Source: Desulfatiglandales bacterium (lineage in GTDB: Bacteria > Desulfobacterota > DSM-4660 > Desulfatiglandales > HGW-15). Taken from it: a stretch of DNA of 64,000 nt. The position numbers and the translations under genes are program-made. Shown here piece by piece: positions 18,166 through 27,663 of the stretch. Under the pieces are notes generated by a model, which was given only the letters and a program-made list of their open reading frames with translations, ran no database searches and was not told where the DNA came from. Each line of letters starts with the position of its first letter. The first letter of the stretch is position 1. The DNA lies in assembly GCA_963667015.2 (NCBI GenBank), contig CAXXJJ010000004.1:1-64000 (forward strand). Reading direction: 5' to 3'.

Positions 18166-18339
18166 TTAGTTTATTTTGATAAAAATTTTCACATCCGGTC
18201 CTCCCATCGAAAAGGTGAGAGTATCTCCCGAAAAAGTATAGTCGATTGTTTCAGACGGGTTTTCTTTATGTTGAACCTTAATCTGAGCGTCGGTGTTGAC
18301 ACATGTGCAGCTGAACGCCTTGAGTTTTCCCTTATTCAT
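18166..18339 (-). pseudogene. Small ORF or gene remnant (57 aa)
   Basis: MNKGKLKAFSCTCVNTD...TIDYTFSGDTLTFSMGGPDVKIFIKIN; the end resembles a lipocalin-like C-terminus. Confidence 0.3.
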
Positions 18340-18502
18340 CCTTTCATTTATTCGCTCTCCATTACAATATGTTGAAAACCAGCAGTCCTATATTTATTTA
18401 TCTTCCGCGCGATTAATATACACAATCCAAAGTCACATATAAGTCACATATTAATATTTTTTTGAAGATTATGACGGTGTATTTTTTTGTCTTTCATCGC
18501 TT

Positions 18503-20431
18503 TTACTCAATATCAACTCCTGCCCAGTATCCTTTGAACACTGCTTCAGTTACATTTGATGCCTTCACACAGTCTCCAATCTCAATAACCTCAGGTGCAC
18601 TGTCTTTAAGGCTTTCAGCCGTATATCTGATGGGCCTTTGACCCACTGCACAGATAACAGTATCACCCTTGACAGTGACTTCACTGCCATCCTTATCAGC
18701 GCACACCACCCCCTCCTTTGTTACTCTAAGACCACGCATTTCTGTTTCGCAGGTTACATATTTATCAAGCTGGGCCATAAGCAGGGGCCTGTACCTTGGG
18801 TTTGCGTCAGGGCAGAGGTTGTCCATCATTTCTATTACAGTTACCTCCTTACCGTCCATGGCAAGATGAAGCGCGGTTTCGCATCCCACAAGGCCTCCGC
18901 CCAGTATTGCCACCTTCTGCCCAATCTTTCCATATTCTTCAGGCAGATTATTAGCTATTATCACATTGCTGCCTTCAATACCCGGAAAGGGCGGAATGAT
19001 TGGTTCTGACCCTACTGCAATAATAAGCACATCAGGTTTAAGCTGAGAAACAAGATCGGGAGTAACTTCGGTGTTTTTTCTTATATCAACTCCTGCCTTT
19101 TCCATAAGGATAGCCTTTGTAGAAATGAACCTGTACAGGTCCTCTTTGAACGGTGTTCCTTTCACTGCATTGAGGGCGCCGCCCAGTTTTTCTGTTTTTT
19201 CACATAGCACTACGTGATGCCCCCGTTCGGCAGCCGTTTCTGCAGCCTGCATCCCCGCCGGGCCTCCTCCCGCAACAAGTATTTTTTTAGGTCTGGCTGT
19301 ATTTTTAATGAAACCGGCCTCATATTCGCTTCCTATAACCGGATTCAATGCGCAGATGCGTAAACCTGTTATCATCCGCTCTGCCATGCATGCATAGCAC
19401 CTGTAACAACGGACTATCTCATCGTCTCTGCCAGTTAGTGCTTTTTTAGGAAGATATGGATCAGCAAGCAGCGCCCTTGCCATTACAACCGCATCTGCCT
19501 TTCCTACTACTATTATATCTTCCATCATGCCAGGTTCATTTAATGCCCCGATTGTGGATACGGGTATTCTGACATGCCTTTTCATTTCCTCCGCATAATG
19601 TACATTTACTCCGCGATCCATGAATGATGAGGGGTGAGTTTTATCAAAGCTTCCCCTGTGGGCACCTGTAGAAACCTGTATCAAATCTATTTTGTCTTGC
19701 ACAAGTTTTGCAAACTCTATTGCCTCGTAAAAGGAGTAGCCGTCTTCCAGGTATTCCTCTGCACTCATTCTCATCTCAAGGGGAAAACCGGGACCGACTA
19801 CAGAACGAACCCTGTCAATTACCTCTATTGCAAACCTGGCCCTGTTTTCAAGGCTTCCGCCATATTCATCCGTTCTTTTATTGCTTGAGGGGGATAAAAA
19901 CTGCTGCAGAAGCCAGCCATGCCCTGCATGTATGAGCAGCATTTCAAAACCTGCCTCCCTGCATATTTCTGCTGCTCTTTCATAGGCATCAAGAATCTCA
20001 TTTATCTTTTCCTTTGACATCTCACGGACTGTCTGAACATCGTCAGCAAATTCATCACTGGGGCCCCAGGCTAGGGGATTTTCCCTGTTTGTTAAGGAGT
20101 GCTTTCCCCCATGGGACAGCTCCATGCTGGGGATGGCCCCATGGCGCTTTATAGCCCTTGCCGCCATTGCAAGGCTATCCTTTGCATTTGGTGCATCGAT
20201 AAGAACCTGTACAGGATAGTATCTGCCTGTGGCCTGGACTATGAGTTCACTGACAGTGACAACTGCTGCACCGCCCTTCGCACGAAGCTCATAAAATGCA
20301 ATGGCCTCCGAGGTGAGGCAGCCATCCGCAGTCAATATGGGGAAGGTCATGGGAGCGGAAATTATGCGGTTTTTTAAGGTAATATTACCCACTTTCAACG
20401 GGGAAAACAGGTTTGGGAATTTTCTTTTCAT
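18503..20431 (-). CDS. NADH:flavin oxidoreductase (Old Yellow Enzyme, FadH/BaiCD-like) with FAD-binding domain
   Basis: LKNRIISAPM, HAGHGWLLQQFLSP..NKRTDEYGGSLENR, CYRCYAC..C Fe-S motif, GGGPAG, GGGLVGCE. Confidence 0.9.
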   Translation of the reverse strand: MKRKFPNLFSPLKVGNITLKNRIISAPMTFPILTADGCLTSEAIAFYELRAKGGAAVVTVSELIVQATGRYYPVQVLIDAPNAKDSLAMAARAIKRHGAIPSMELSHGGKHSLTNRENPLAWGPSDEFADDVQTVREMSKEKINEILDAYERAAEICREAGFEMLLIHAGHGWLLQQFLSPSSNKRTDEYGGSLENRARFAIEVIDRVRSVVGPGFPLEMRMSAEEYLEDGYSFYEAIEFAKLVQDKIDLIQVSTGAHRGSFDKTHPSSFMDRGVNVHYAEEMKRHVRIPVSTIGALNEPGMMEDIIVVGKADAVVMARALLADPYLPKKALTGRDDEIVRCYRCYACMAERMITGLRICALNPVIGSEYEAGFIKNTARPKKILVAGGGPAGMQAAETAAERGHHVVLCEKTEKLGGALNAVKGTPFKEDLYRFISTKAILMEKAGVDIRKNTEVTPDLVSQLKPDVLIIAVGSEPIIPPFPGIEGSNVIIANNLPEEYGKIGQKVAILGGGLVGCETALHLAMDGKEVTVIEMMDNLCPDANPRYRPLLMAQLDKYVTCETEMRGLRVTKEGVVCADKDGSEVTVKGDTVICAVGQRPIRYTAESLKDSAPEVIEIGDCVKASNVTEAVFKGYWAGVDIE

Positions 20432-20627
20432 TTTAACCTCAATATTTTAAATTGTATTACAGGCGGACAAGTATAGCTGTTTAGACTTTTCAGGTAAAGC
20501 AATACAGTAAATCAACAGTCGTTGACTTATATGGGCATATACCTCTAAAATACTCAAGTTTTCCGATCATGTTGGGGAATGACGAATAGACCTAAATTAT
20601 AAAGATAAATCAGGGGTTAGGGATAGG

Positions 20628-22025
20628 ATGAATAACCTTAAGAAGAAATCTCCATTTGAAATTCAGAATATCCGATCCTTTATTGCCTTTCGAGTCTTTT
20701 TTAGCGCCAGATTTTACTACCCGGTTTTTACCATACTTTTTATCGATTTTGGATTATTTCTTGAGCAGTTTGCCCTTCTTAACTCGGTATGGGCGGCTGT
20801 TATTGTTATTGCAGAGGTTCCTTCCGGCGCACTGGCCGATGTCATAGGAAGACGCAATCTGGTGGTTTTTGCAGGAGCTGCTATGGTGATTGAAATGGCA
20901 GTTATCGGCTTTGCTCCCAAAAATAATCTTTCTCTTTTGTTTGTCCTGTTTTTTATTAACCGGGTTTTAAGCGGATTGGCAGAGGCATCGGCAAGCGGTG
21001 CTGACGAAGCACTTGCATATGATTCACTGATGCAGGAGGGTGATACTGATGAATGGGGGATCGTGCTTGAAAAAGAGATGCGCTATAAATCCATAACCAT
21101 GGCAGTGGCCATGAGCCTGGGAGCGGCGGTATATGATCCTGAATTCATGAATCGTCTTTTTAATTTTATCGGCCTTGATATCACATTAAATCAGGATATT
21201 ACCCTCAGGTTTCCCATATACCTTACGCTTGTCATGTCTGTTTTTGCCCTTATGAATGCACTTAATATGAGGGAAATATCCCAGGAAAATAATATATCAT
21301 GCCTTGATTTTGACAGTTGTCAAAAATCGGTTTCACAGGCATTCAAACTTACGCTTAAGGCTGGAAAATGGGTGATAACTACGCCATATGCAATTATAAT
21401 TATTGTTTCTGCCATGACATTCGAACATGTCCTTCGCATGATAGTTACACTTGACAGTCAGTATTTCCGAACGATTTGCCTTCCGGAGGCCAGCTTTGGG
21501 TTGATAGGTACAGGCCTGTCTCTGCTGGGATTATTTATGCCAAGGATAGCCAGAAAACTGGCGGAATCACGTAACCCTTTATATAATCTTGGGGTTACAG
21601 GTATTTTATCATTTATCGGTGTAACCGGTATGTCCATGTTTATACCTGCCTATGGACTGATTCCGACATTGTTTCTTTTCAGTGCATTCTCTTTAATCTA
21701 TTTTTATGTCAGCTATTATCTGAATCAGCTTACTGATTCAAGGCAGCGCGCGACGGTTCTTAGTATAAAAGGCCTTTGTTTGAACGGCGCCTATGGACTG
21801 ATAGGTATATTGTATTCATTTCTGGTAGCCTTTCAGCGATCAGGTCTGACGGAGCATCAGCCTTTACTGAAGGGTGATGCCCTGGAGAATATAGTCTTTG
21901 TAAAATCATTCAGATGGTTTCCATGGTATCTGCTTTTTATGTTTTTGCTTCTAGTTATTTTTATATGGTACATATCAAAAAAGGGTTCAAAAGATAATTA
22001 TAATAAGCTTCTGGTGAAAAAATGA
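20628..22025 (+). CDS. MFS transporter
   Basis: Many TM helices, EVPSGALADVIGRR, SGADEALAYDSL, RATVLS. Confidence 0.85.
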   Translation: MNNLKKKSPFEIQNIRSFIAFRVFFSARFYYPVFTILFIDFGLFLEQFALLNSVWAAVIVIAEVPSGALADVIGRRNLVVFAGAAMVIEMAVIGFAPKNNLSLLFVLFFINRVLSGLAEASASGADEALAYDSLMQEGDTDEWGIVLEKEMRYKSITMAVAMSLGAAVYDPEFMNRLFNFIGLDITLNQDITLRFPIYLTLVMSVFALMNALNMREISQENNISCLDFDSCQKSVSQAFKLTLKAGKWVITTPYAIIIIVSAMTFEHVLRMIVTLDSQYFRTICLPEASFGLIGTGLSLLGLFMPRIARKLAESRNPLYNLGVTGILSFIGVTGMSMFIPAYGLIPTLFLFSAFSLIYFYVSYYLNQLTDSRQRATVLSIKGLCLNGAYGLIGILYSFLVAFQRSGLTEHQPLLKGDALENIVFVKSFRWFPWYLLFMFLLLVIFIWYISKKGSKDNYNKLLVKK

Positions 22026-23029
22026 GAGATATTACACTGAAATCAAGAATAAAGGGAGCTCTTTATGGGCTTTATATCGGTGATGCCCTGGCCATGCCTG
22101 TACACTGGTATTATGACCGGGATGCCCTGAAAAGGGATTATGGATATGTAACTGATTATCTGGTCCCCAAAAATCCTCACCCGGGGAGCATCCTGAGTTA
22201 CAAGGAATATGATCCTGTTAATAAAAAAGGAGATATCCTGCATGATCAGGCGCAATACTGGGGGAAAAAGGGCATCCACTATCATCAGTTTTTAAAGGCT
22301 GGGGAGAATACATTAAACCTGAAGATATGCTCCCTCTTAATTGATTCATTGAATGAAAAGGTCGGGTATGATGCGAATGACTATCTCGAACGCTATATCT
22401 CATTCATGACAACACCGGGTATGCATAAAGACACCTATGTGGAGGAGTATCACCGTCATTTTTTCACTGAATATGCGAAAGGCACTTCCCCAAAAAAATG
22501 TGGTATGGAGGAAAAACATATTGGAGGCCTTGTCGGTCTTTCACCTATAATACTTTTCTACTGTAATGATCCTCAGAGAGCAAGGCAGGCCGCTCTTGAA
22601 CACCTTTCCCTGTCACACCTGGGACGAATGATGGAAGAGGCTGCAAATGTCTTTATTGATATATTGCTCGCTGCGCTGGAAGGGGGACCATTAAAAGAGG
22701 CAATTTTAAAATCAACAGGAAGTACAATTCTGCCATTTGATGGTGATAGTTTTCTTAAGTGGATGGACCAGCCTGACAACGAGATTGTCGGAGGCAGATT
22801 CAGTGCTGCCTGCTATGTTAATGAATCAATACCTTCAGTAGCATATCTTGCATATAAATACAGCGATGATCCGGAAAAATGTCTCATTGCCAATACCAAC
22901 CTTGGAGGAGACAATGCCTATAGAGGGGCCGTTTTAGGAGCCTTACTGGGGGCGGCAAATGGGATTGAAGCCTGGCCTGAAAGGTGGGTTAAGGGCCTTC
23001 TAAATCCACCGCAGGGGTTGAAATTGTAA
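22022..23029 (+). CDS. ADP-ribosylglycohydrolase family protein
   Basis: GALYGLYIGDALAMP, NTNLGGDN..RGAVLGALLGAANG; ATGA overlap with the MFS gene. Confidence 0.85.
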   Translation: MRDITLKSRIKGALYGLYIGDALAMPVHWYYDRDALKRDYGYVTDYLVPKNPHPGSILSYKEYDPVNKKGDILHDQAQYWGKKGIHYHQFLKAGENTLNLKICSLLIDSLNEKVGYDANDYLERYISFMTTPGMHKDTYVEEYHRHFFTEYAKGTSPKKCGMEEKHIGGLVGLSPIILFYCNDPQRARQAALEHLSLSHLGRMMEEAANVFIDILLAALEGGPLKEAILKSTGSTILPFDGDSFLKWMDQPDNEIVGGRFSAACYVNESIPSVAYLAYKYSDDPEKCLIANTNLGGDNAYRGAVLGALLGAANGIEAWPERWVKGLLNPPQGLKL

Positions 23030-23115
23030 GTGTTTTTGGAGGCGGTCTTTAAGGTTTATAATAAAATCGATTTTGGCTGCCTGTTTGCAGAGATTCACGG
23101 ACCGGACTCTTGTAT

Positions 23116-23154
23116 TCTTGTACGAATTATGTGTGGCTCTTGTACGCAATATGT
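23116..23154 (+). promoter_or_regulatory. Tandem direct repeat, putative enhancer-binding-protein sites
   Basis: TCTTGTACGAATTATGT and TCTTGTACGCAATATGT, 15/17 identical with a 22-bp period, ~90-125 bp upstream of a sigma54 motif. Confidence 0.5.
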
Positions 23155-23240
23155 ATATGCTGTTTTTATTCTTTTCTGCTGATATTTGGGCATTATTTGA
23201 AAATAAAGTTATTTCAATTAGTTAGGTAGTACAGGCGTTC

Positions 23241-23255
23241 TGGCATGCTCCTTGC
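23241..23255 (+). promoter_or_regulatory. Sigma54 (-24/-12) promoter
   Basis: TGGCATGCTCCTTGC, with an IHF-like TTTCAATTAGTTA just upstream. Confidence 0.65.
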
Positions 23256-23295
23256 CTTTTGTCAGTGTTAAAAACAATGAAAAGGAGAATTTAAA

Positions 23296-23544
23296 ATAAA
23301 ATCAAATAATGCCCTTAATGTTTATTTAACCTGCCTGACCATTATTGTTATAACAGCCTGTTTCTGGCCCCTTTAGGTTGGTCCTGAAAAAGTTTTAAGA
23401 ACAAAACGGATTATTCGAGGTCCGGTGTTGACAGACATACTGGCAGGTGCGCCAGTCTTCGATAAGGCTGCGACCCTGCAGGCAGGGGTGAGCAGTTTCA
23501 GGAAATCCCGTCTCCCGGAAAAGCCGGCAATTTCGTTTCAGTAA
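23296..23544 (+). pseudogene. Decayed exported-protein gene
   Basis: AAGGAG RBS, ATA in place of ATG, signal-like (M)KSNNALNVYLTCLTIIVITACFWPL, in-frame TAG at 23374. Confidence 0.4.
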
Positions 23545-23632
23545 ACAAATGAGGATCTGGAAACATAATAAAAAATACTGAACAGGTATGTAAAATATAA
23601 TGCATTAATATCCCTATAAAAAATGACCTGAA

Positions 23633-23647
23633 TGGTATTGTTTTTGC
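23633..23647 (+). promoter_or_regulatory. Possible sigma54 promoter for the hybrid kinase
   Basis: TGGTATTGTTTTTGC (GG-N10-GC). Confidence 0.4.
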
Positions 23648-23749
23648 AACGTTAAAATATCTGTATTCATATATTTTAATGGGTATTTTTTATATGAGAT
23701 TTTTTCGATTCGAACTGGAAAATTAAACTATACCCACTGTGGAGGAGAA

Positions 23750-26700
23750 ATGCCGGAAAAGCCCACATATGAGGAGTTAGAGCAGAGGGTTAGAGTTCTG
23801 GAACAGGCTGAATCCACTTTTAAGAGGATGAATGAAGGCCCGGATGACAGTGAATTATGGTTCAGATCCATTCTGGAGACAATAAATGAGGGTGTCATAT
23901 TGCAGGCGGCATCGGGCGAAATTTTGGCATTGAATAAAAGAGCTGAATATTATTTCGGGCGTACAGGTATTAAAACATCCGGGAATAACCCCTCAGACAG
24001 GAATTTGCCCCTGATTCGTGAAGACGGTTCAATATGTAGTGATAAAGATCATCCTTTCACTCAGACCATAAAAACTGCAAAACCATGTATAGATCAGATT
24101 ATGGGCGTATATAGAACTCATGATGATCTTCGGTGGATTTCTATCAATACAAACCCCTTATTTAGAAAAAATGAAAAAAAACCCTATGCTGCGGTCATCT
24201 CATTTTCTGATATTACAGAACTGAAGAAAGAAAGAGATATCTCCCAGACCTATCTTGATGTGGCAGGAGTCATTATCATTGCCCTGGACAGGGAAGGGGT
24301 GGTAACCCTTATCAACAGAAAAGGCTGTGAAATACTTGGCGGAACAGAAGAGGATATTCTGGGCAAAAACTGGCTGGAGCTCTTTACTCCTGAAGATAAA
24401 ATTAAAGAGGCTAAGAGACTTTTCAGTGGTTTTGTTGAAGGTCGGCTTCCACCTGTTGAATATACAGAGCACAGGATTATCACTCTGGATGGTGAGGAGA
24501 AGATAATCGCGTGGCATCATACAGTACTGAAGGATAAGGACGGCAGATCTGTCGGTTCTCTCAGTTCAGGCGAAGATATAACTGAGAAAGAAAGGTCTGA
24601 AGAAAGTTTGAGGGAAAGTGAAAGACAGCACAGAATGATCATCCAGACCGCAATGGACGGCTTTATGCTTCTTGACCTTCAGGATCGTATACTTGAAGTG
24701 AATGATGCCTACTGTAAAATGAGCGGTTACAGCCGGGAAGAACTTTTAAAAATGAAAATTACCGATCTGGATGCAAGTGGAGAAAGTGAGGAGCTTTTCA
24801 GAAAAAGGCAGTTTCTTATTGATAATGGAGAAAGTCGTTTTTTGGCAAAGCATAGACGAAAGGATGGCACGGCTTTTTATGTGGAGGCAAGCGCCCAGTA
24901 TCGTGCAGATGAAAAAAAGGTTACCTCCTTTATTCGTGATATTACTGAACAGAAGAAGGCAGCAGAGGCATTGCGCGAACGGGAAGAGCTGTTAAACAGG
25001 TCCCAGGAAATGGCCTCTGTCGGCAGTTTTGTGTGGGACTTACGCAATGGCTCCCTCAGCTGGTCCCGTAACATGTATGCCCTTCATGGTACGAGTGAGG
25101 ACACTTATGATGGTGATTTAATTGAGTTGTCCAGACGGATCATGCATCCTGACGATATTAAACGGGTAGAGTTTGAGATATCGCAGATGATCAGCGACAG
25201 TAATGAATGGGATGTGGAATTTCGTCTTGTACTTCCGGGCGGAGATGTAAAAAATATCCGCTCCATGGGCAAGCAGGAATATGATGAAGAAGGTGCAGCT
25301 TCAAAGTGTTATGGCGTCTACCAGGATATCACAGGAAGAAGGCAGGGCGAAAAAATGAGGGAAAAACTTCAGGTTCAACTGGCTAATGCCATTGAAATCG
25401 CAGGTCTTGGGCCATGGGAGTATGATATCGACAGTTCAACCTTTATACTCAATGACTATTTTTACAAAATATTGGGCACCACGGCTGAGGACGTAGGGGG
25501 GTATGAAATAACAGCCCGGGAGTATGTAAGTCGATTTGTTCATAAAGAAGATATCTCCTATATTAGTGAAGAGATCCAGAAGGCTGTTGCCTCAAATGAT
25601 CCTGACTACCAGATGCAGATGGAGCATCGTATCATTCACGCTGATGGTACAGTCGGTTACAATAACGTACGGTTTTATGTTGTAAGGGACAACAGCGGAA
25701 GAGCAATAAAGACAATAGGGGTGAATCAGGATATCACGGAACGCAAACTGGCAGAAGCAAGACTTAGAGAGAGCGAAGAAAAGCTCATGAGATCAAAAAA
25801 AATGGAGTCTCTGGGGCTTCTTGCCGGCGGAGTTGCCCATGATCTTAATAATGTTTTATCCGGTATTGTAAGCTATCCCGAACTGCTTCTCTTAAAACTG
25901 CCTGATGACAGTCAGTACAGAAAACCCATACAGACAATACATGACTCCGGAATGAAGGCGGTTGCTATTGTCCATGACCTGCTGACAATAGCCCGGGGTG
26001 TAGCTACTCAAAAAGAGAGAATTAATATTAATGATATTATCGAGGAATATAAAAGATCTCCCGAATTTACCAAGCTTAAACAGTACCATCCCGGTGTGGT
26101 GATAAAGACTGATCTGGATAAAGATCTAATGAATATAAACGGATCCCCGATTCATATAAGTAAATTAGTCATGAATCTGGTTTCGAATGCATCCGAGGCA
26201 ATCGAGGATACCGGTACTGTTACTGTTTCGACAATTAACCGGTATGTGGACGAACCTATAAGAGGCTATGAGGATGTAAAAACAGGAGAGTATGTTGTCC
26301 TCACGGTTTCAGATGACGGGGCAGGGATCTCAATGGAGCATTTGGGAAAGATATTCGAACCGTTTTTTACAAAAAAGGTTATGGGTAAAAGCGGAACAGG
26401 TCTGGGCCTTGCTGTCGTCTGGAATATAGTTCAGGATCACGAAGGATATGTAGATGTGTCGAGCGATGCGAATGGCACCACCTTTGAGCTGTACTTTCCG
26501 ATTGTAAGAGGCAGTGTATCTGTAAAAGCCTTGCCATTGTCTATTGAAGACATTAAAGGAAATGGAGAAAGTGTGCTTGTTATTGATGATGAGGAGAGCC
26601 AGAGAGAGATAACCTGCAATATGCTTGAAGAACTGGGTTACAAAACAGGGGCTGTATCCGGAGGCGAGGAGGCAGTGACATATTTGCAGGATAATAGCGC

Positions 26701-26929
26701 AGATCTTCTCCTTCTGGATATGATCATGAGTCCGGGCATAGGCGGACGTGAGACCTATGAGCGGATAATCAAAATTAATCCCAAACAAAAGGCCCTGATT
26801 GTCAGCGGATATGCTGACACTAATGATGTAAGGGCAATACAACGGCTGGGAGCAGGTAAATATATCAGAAAGCCGTTAACGCTGCAAAAAATAGGACCGG
26901 CAATTAAAGAGGAATTGAGAAGGCCTTAG
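23750..26929 (+). CDS. Cytoplasmic multi-PAS hybrid sensor histidine kinase/response regulator
   Basis: About 5 PAS/PAC domains, H-box GGVAHDLNN, N/G boxes, C-terminal receiver (LLLDMIM..KP). Confidence 0.93.
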   Translation: MPEKPTYEELEQRVRVLEQAESTFKRMNEGPDDSELWFRSILETINEGVILQAASGEILALNKRAEYYFGRTGIKTSGNNPSDRNLPLIREDGSICSDKDHPFTQTIKTAKPCIDQIMGVYRTHDDLRWISINTNPLFRKNEKKPYAAVISFSDITELKKERDISQTYLDVAGVIIIALDREGVVTLINRKGCEILGGTEEDILGKNWLELFTPEDKIKEAKRLFSGFVEGRLPPVEYTEHRIITLDGEEKIIAWHHTVLKDKDGRSVGSLSSGEDITEKERSEESLRESERQHRMIIQTAMDGFMLLDLQDRILEVNDAYCKMSGYSREELLKMKITDLDASGESEELFRKRQFLIDNGESRFLAKHRRKDGTAFYVEASAQYRADEKKVTSFIRDITEQKKAAEALREREELLNRSQEMASVGSFVWDLRNGSLSWSRNMYALHGTSEDTYDGDLIELSRRIMHPDDIKRVEFEISQMISDSNEWDVEFRLVLPGGDVKNIRSMGKQEYDEEGAASKCYGVYQDITGRRQGEKMREKLQVQLANAIEIAGLGPWEYDIDSSTFILNDYFYKILGTTAEDVGGYEITAREYVSRFVHKEDISYISEEIQKAVASNDPDYQMQMEHRIIHADGTVGYNNVRFYVVRDNSGRAIKTIGVNQDITERKLAEARLRESEEKLMRSKKMESLGLLAGGVAHDLNNVLSGIVSYPELLLLKLPDDSQYRKPIQTIHDSGMKAVAIVHDLLTIARGVATQKERININDIIEEYKRSPEFTKLKQYHPGVVIKTDLDKDLMNINGSPIHISKLVMNLVSNASEAIEDTGTVTVSTINRYVDEPIRGYEDVKTGEYVVLTVSDDGAGISMEHLGKIFEPFFTKKVMGKSGTGLGLAVVWNIVQDHEGYVDVSSDANGTTFELYFPIVRGSVSVKALPLSIEDIKGNGESVLVIDDEESQREITCNMLEELGYKTGAVSGGEEAVTYLQDNSADLLLLDMIMSPGIGGRETYERIIKINPKQKALIVSGYADTNDVRAIQRLGAGKYIRKPLTLQKIGPAIKEELRRP

Positions 26930-27042
26930 AGCCTGTAATGAAGGTCCCGGGCTGCAACAGACTTTGAAAAACCGGTTATATATTATAGTCCTGGATTAGC
27001 GCTGTCGGTTAATTTTATTTTAACATGTATACTGCACTGTAT

Positions 27043-27492
27043 CTATCTGCTGCGTTCTGCTACCATCATGATTTCCACCAGCCCGTCTGCAGGGAGCCGG
27101 GACACTTCAAGTACTGCCCGGGCGGGAAAATCATTTTTAAAATATTCCTTATAGATATCATTGAATTTTGGATAGTTGTCCATGTCTGTTAAAAAAACCT
27201 GGCATTGTACAACATCATTGAGAGAAAAACCGGCGGTTTCAAGTACAGCCTTCTGGTTGTCCAGGGCCTGCCGCGCCTGGGCCTCAAAATCCTGGCCTGC
27301 AAATTTTCCTGTTAAAGGATCCAGCCCAAGCTGACCGGAAAGGTAAAGCCTGTTGCCCACACAAACCGCCTGGGAGTATGGTCCTATGGCAGCCGGTGCA
27401 TCCGGAGAAGAGATTATCTCACTGCTAATGCGCTGATATGAACATCCTGTAAAAACAGCGATGAATAAGATCACAGCAATTATATTTTTCAT
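27043..27492 (-). CDS. ridA: RidA/YjgF enamine-imine deaminase with an N-terminal lipoprotein signal
   Basis: APAAIGPYSQAV, LYLSGQLG, FPARA (catalytic Arg), VEI; MKNIIAVILFIAVFTG|C lipobox. Confidence 0.88.
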   Translation of the reverse strand: MKNIIAVILFIAVFTGCSYQRISSEIISSPDAPAAIGPYSQAVCVGNRLYLSGQLGLDPLTGKFAGQDFEAQARQALDNQKAVLETAGFSLNDVVQCQVFLTDMDNYPKFNDIYKEYFKNDFPARAVLEVSRLPADGLVEIMMVAERSR

Positions 27493-27663
27493 GGATTAAA
27501 CCTCCTTGCTTACTCACTGAAATGTGTTCGGTTCCCGGACTTTTTGTTGATTCCTGACTTTATCCCATGTTAAAAACAAAGCTGATACATTGACTATAAT
27601 CAGATGTAAAAGCCTGTTAACATCTATATGGATCCTCATGATAATTACAAAGAAGGAGGCATC

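Noticed and set aside
23420..23525. tRNA-Sec-like or riboswitch-like GC-rich stretch
   Set aside because: No TTCAAA anticodon loop, GTTCGA T-loop or acceptor stem could be built.
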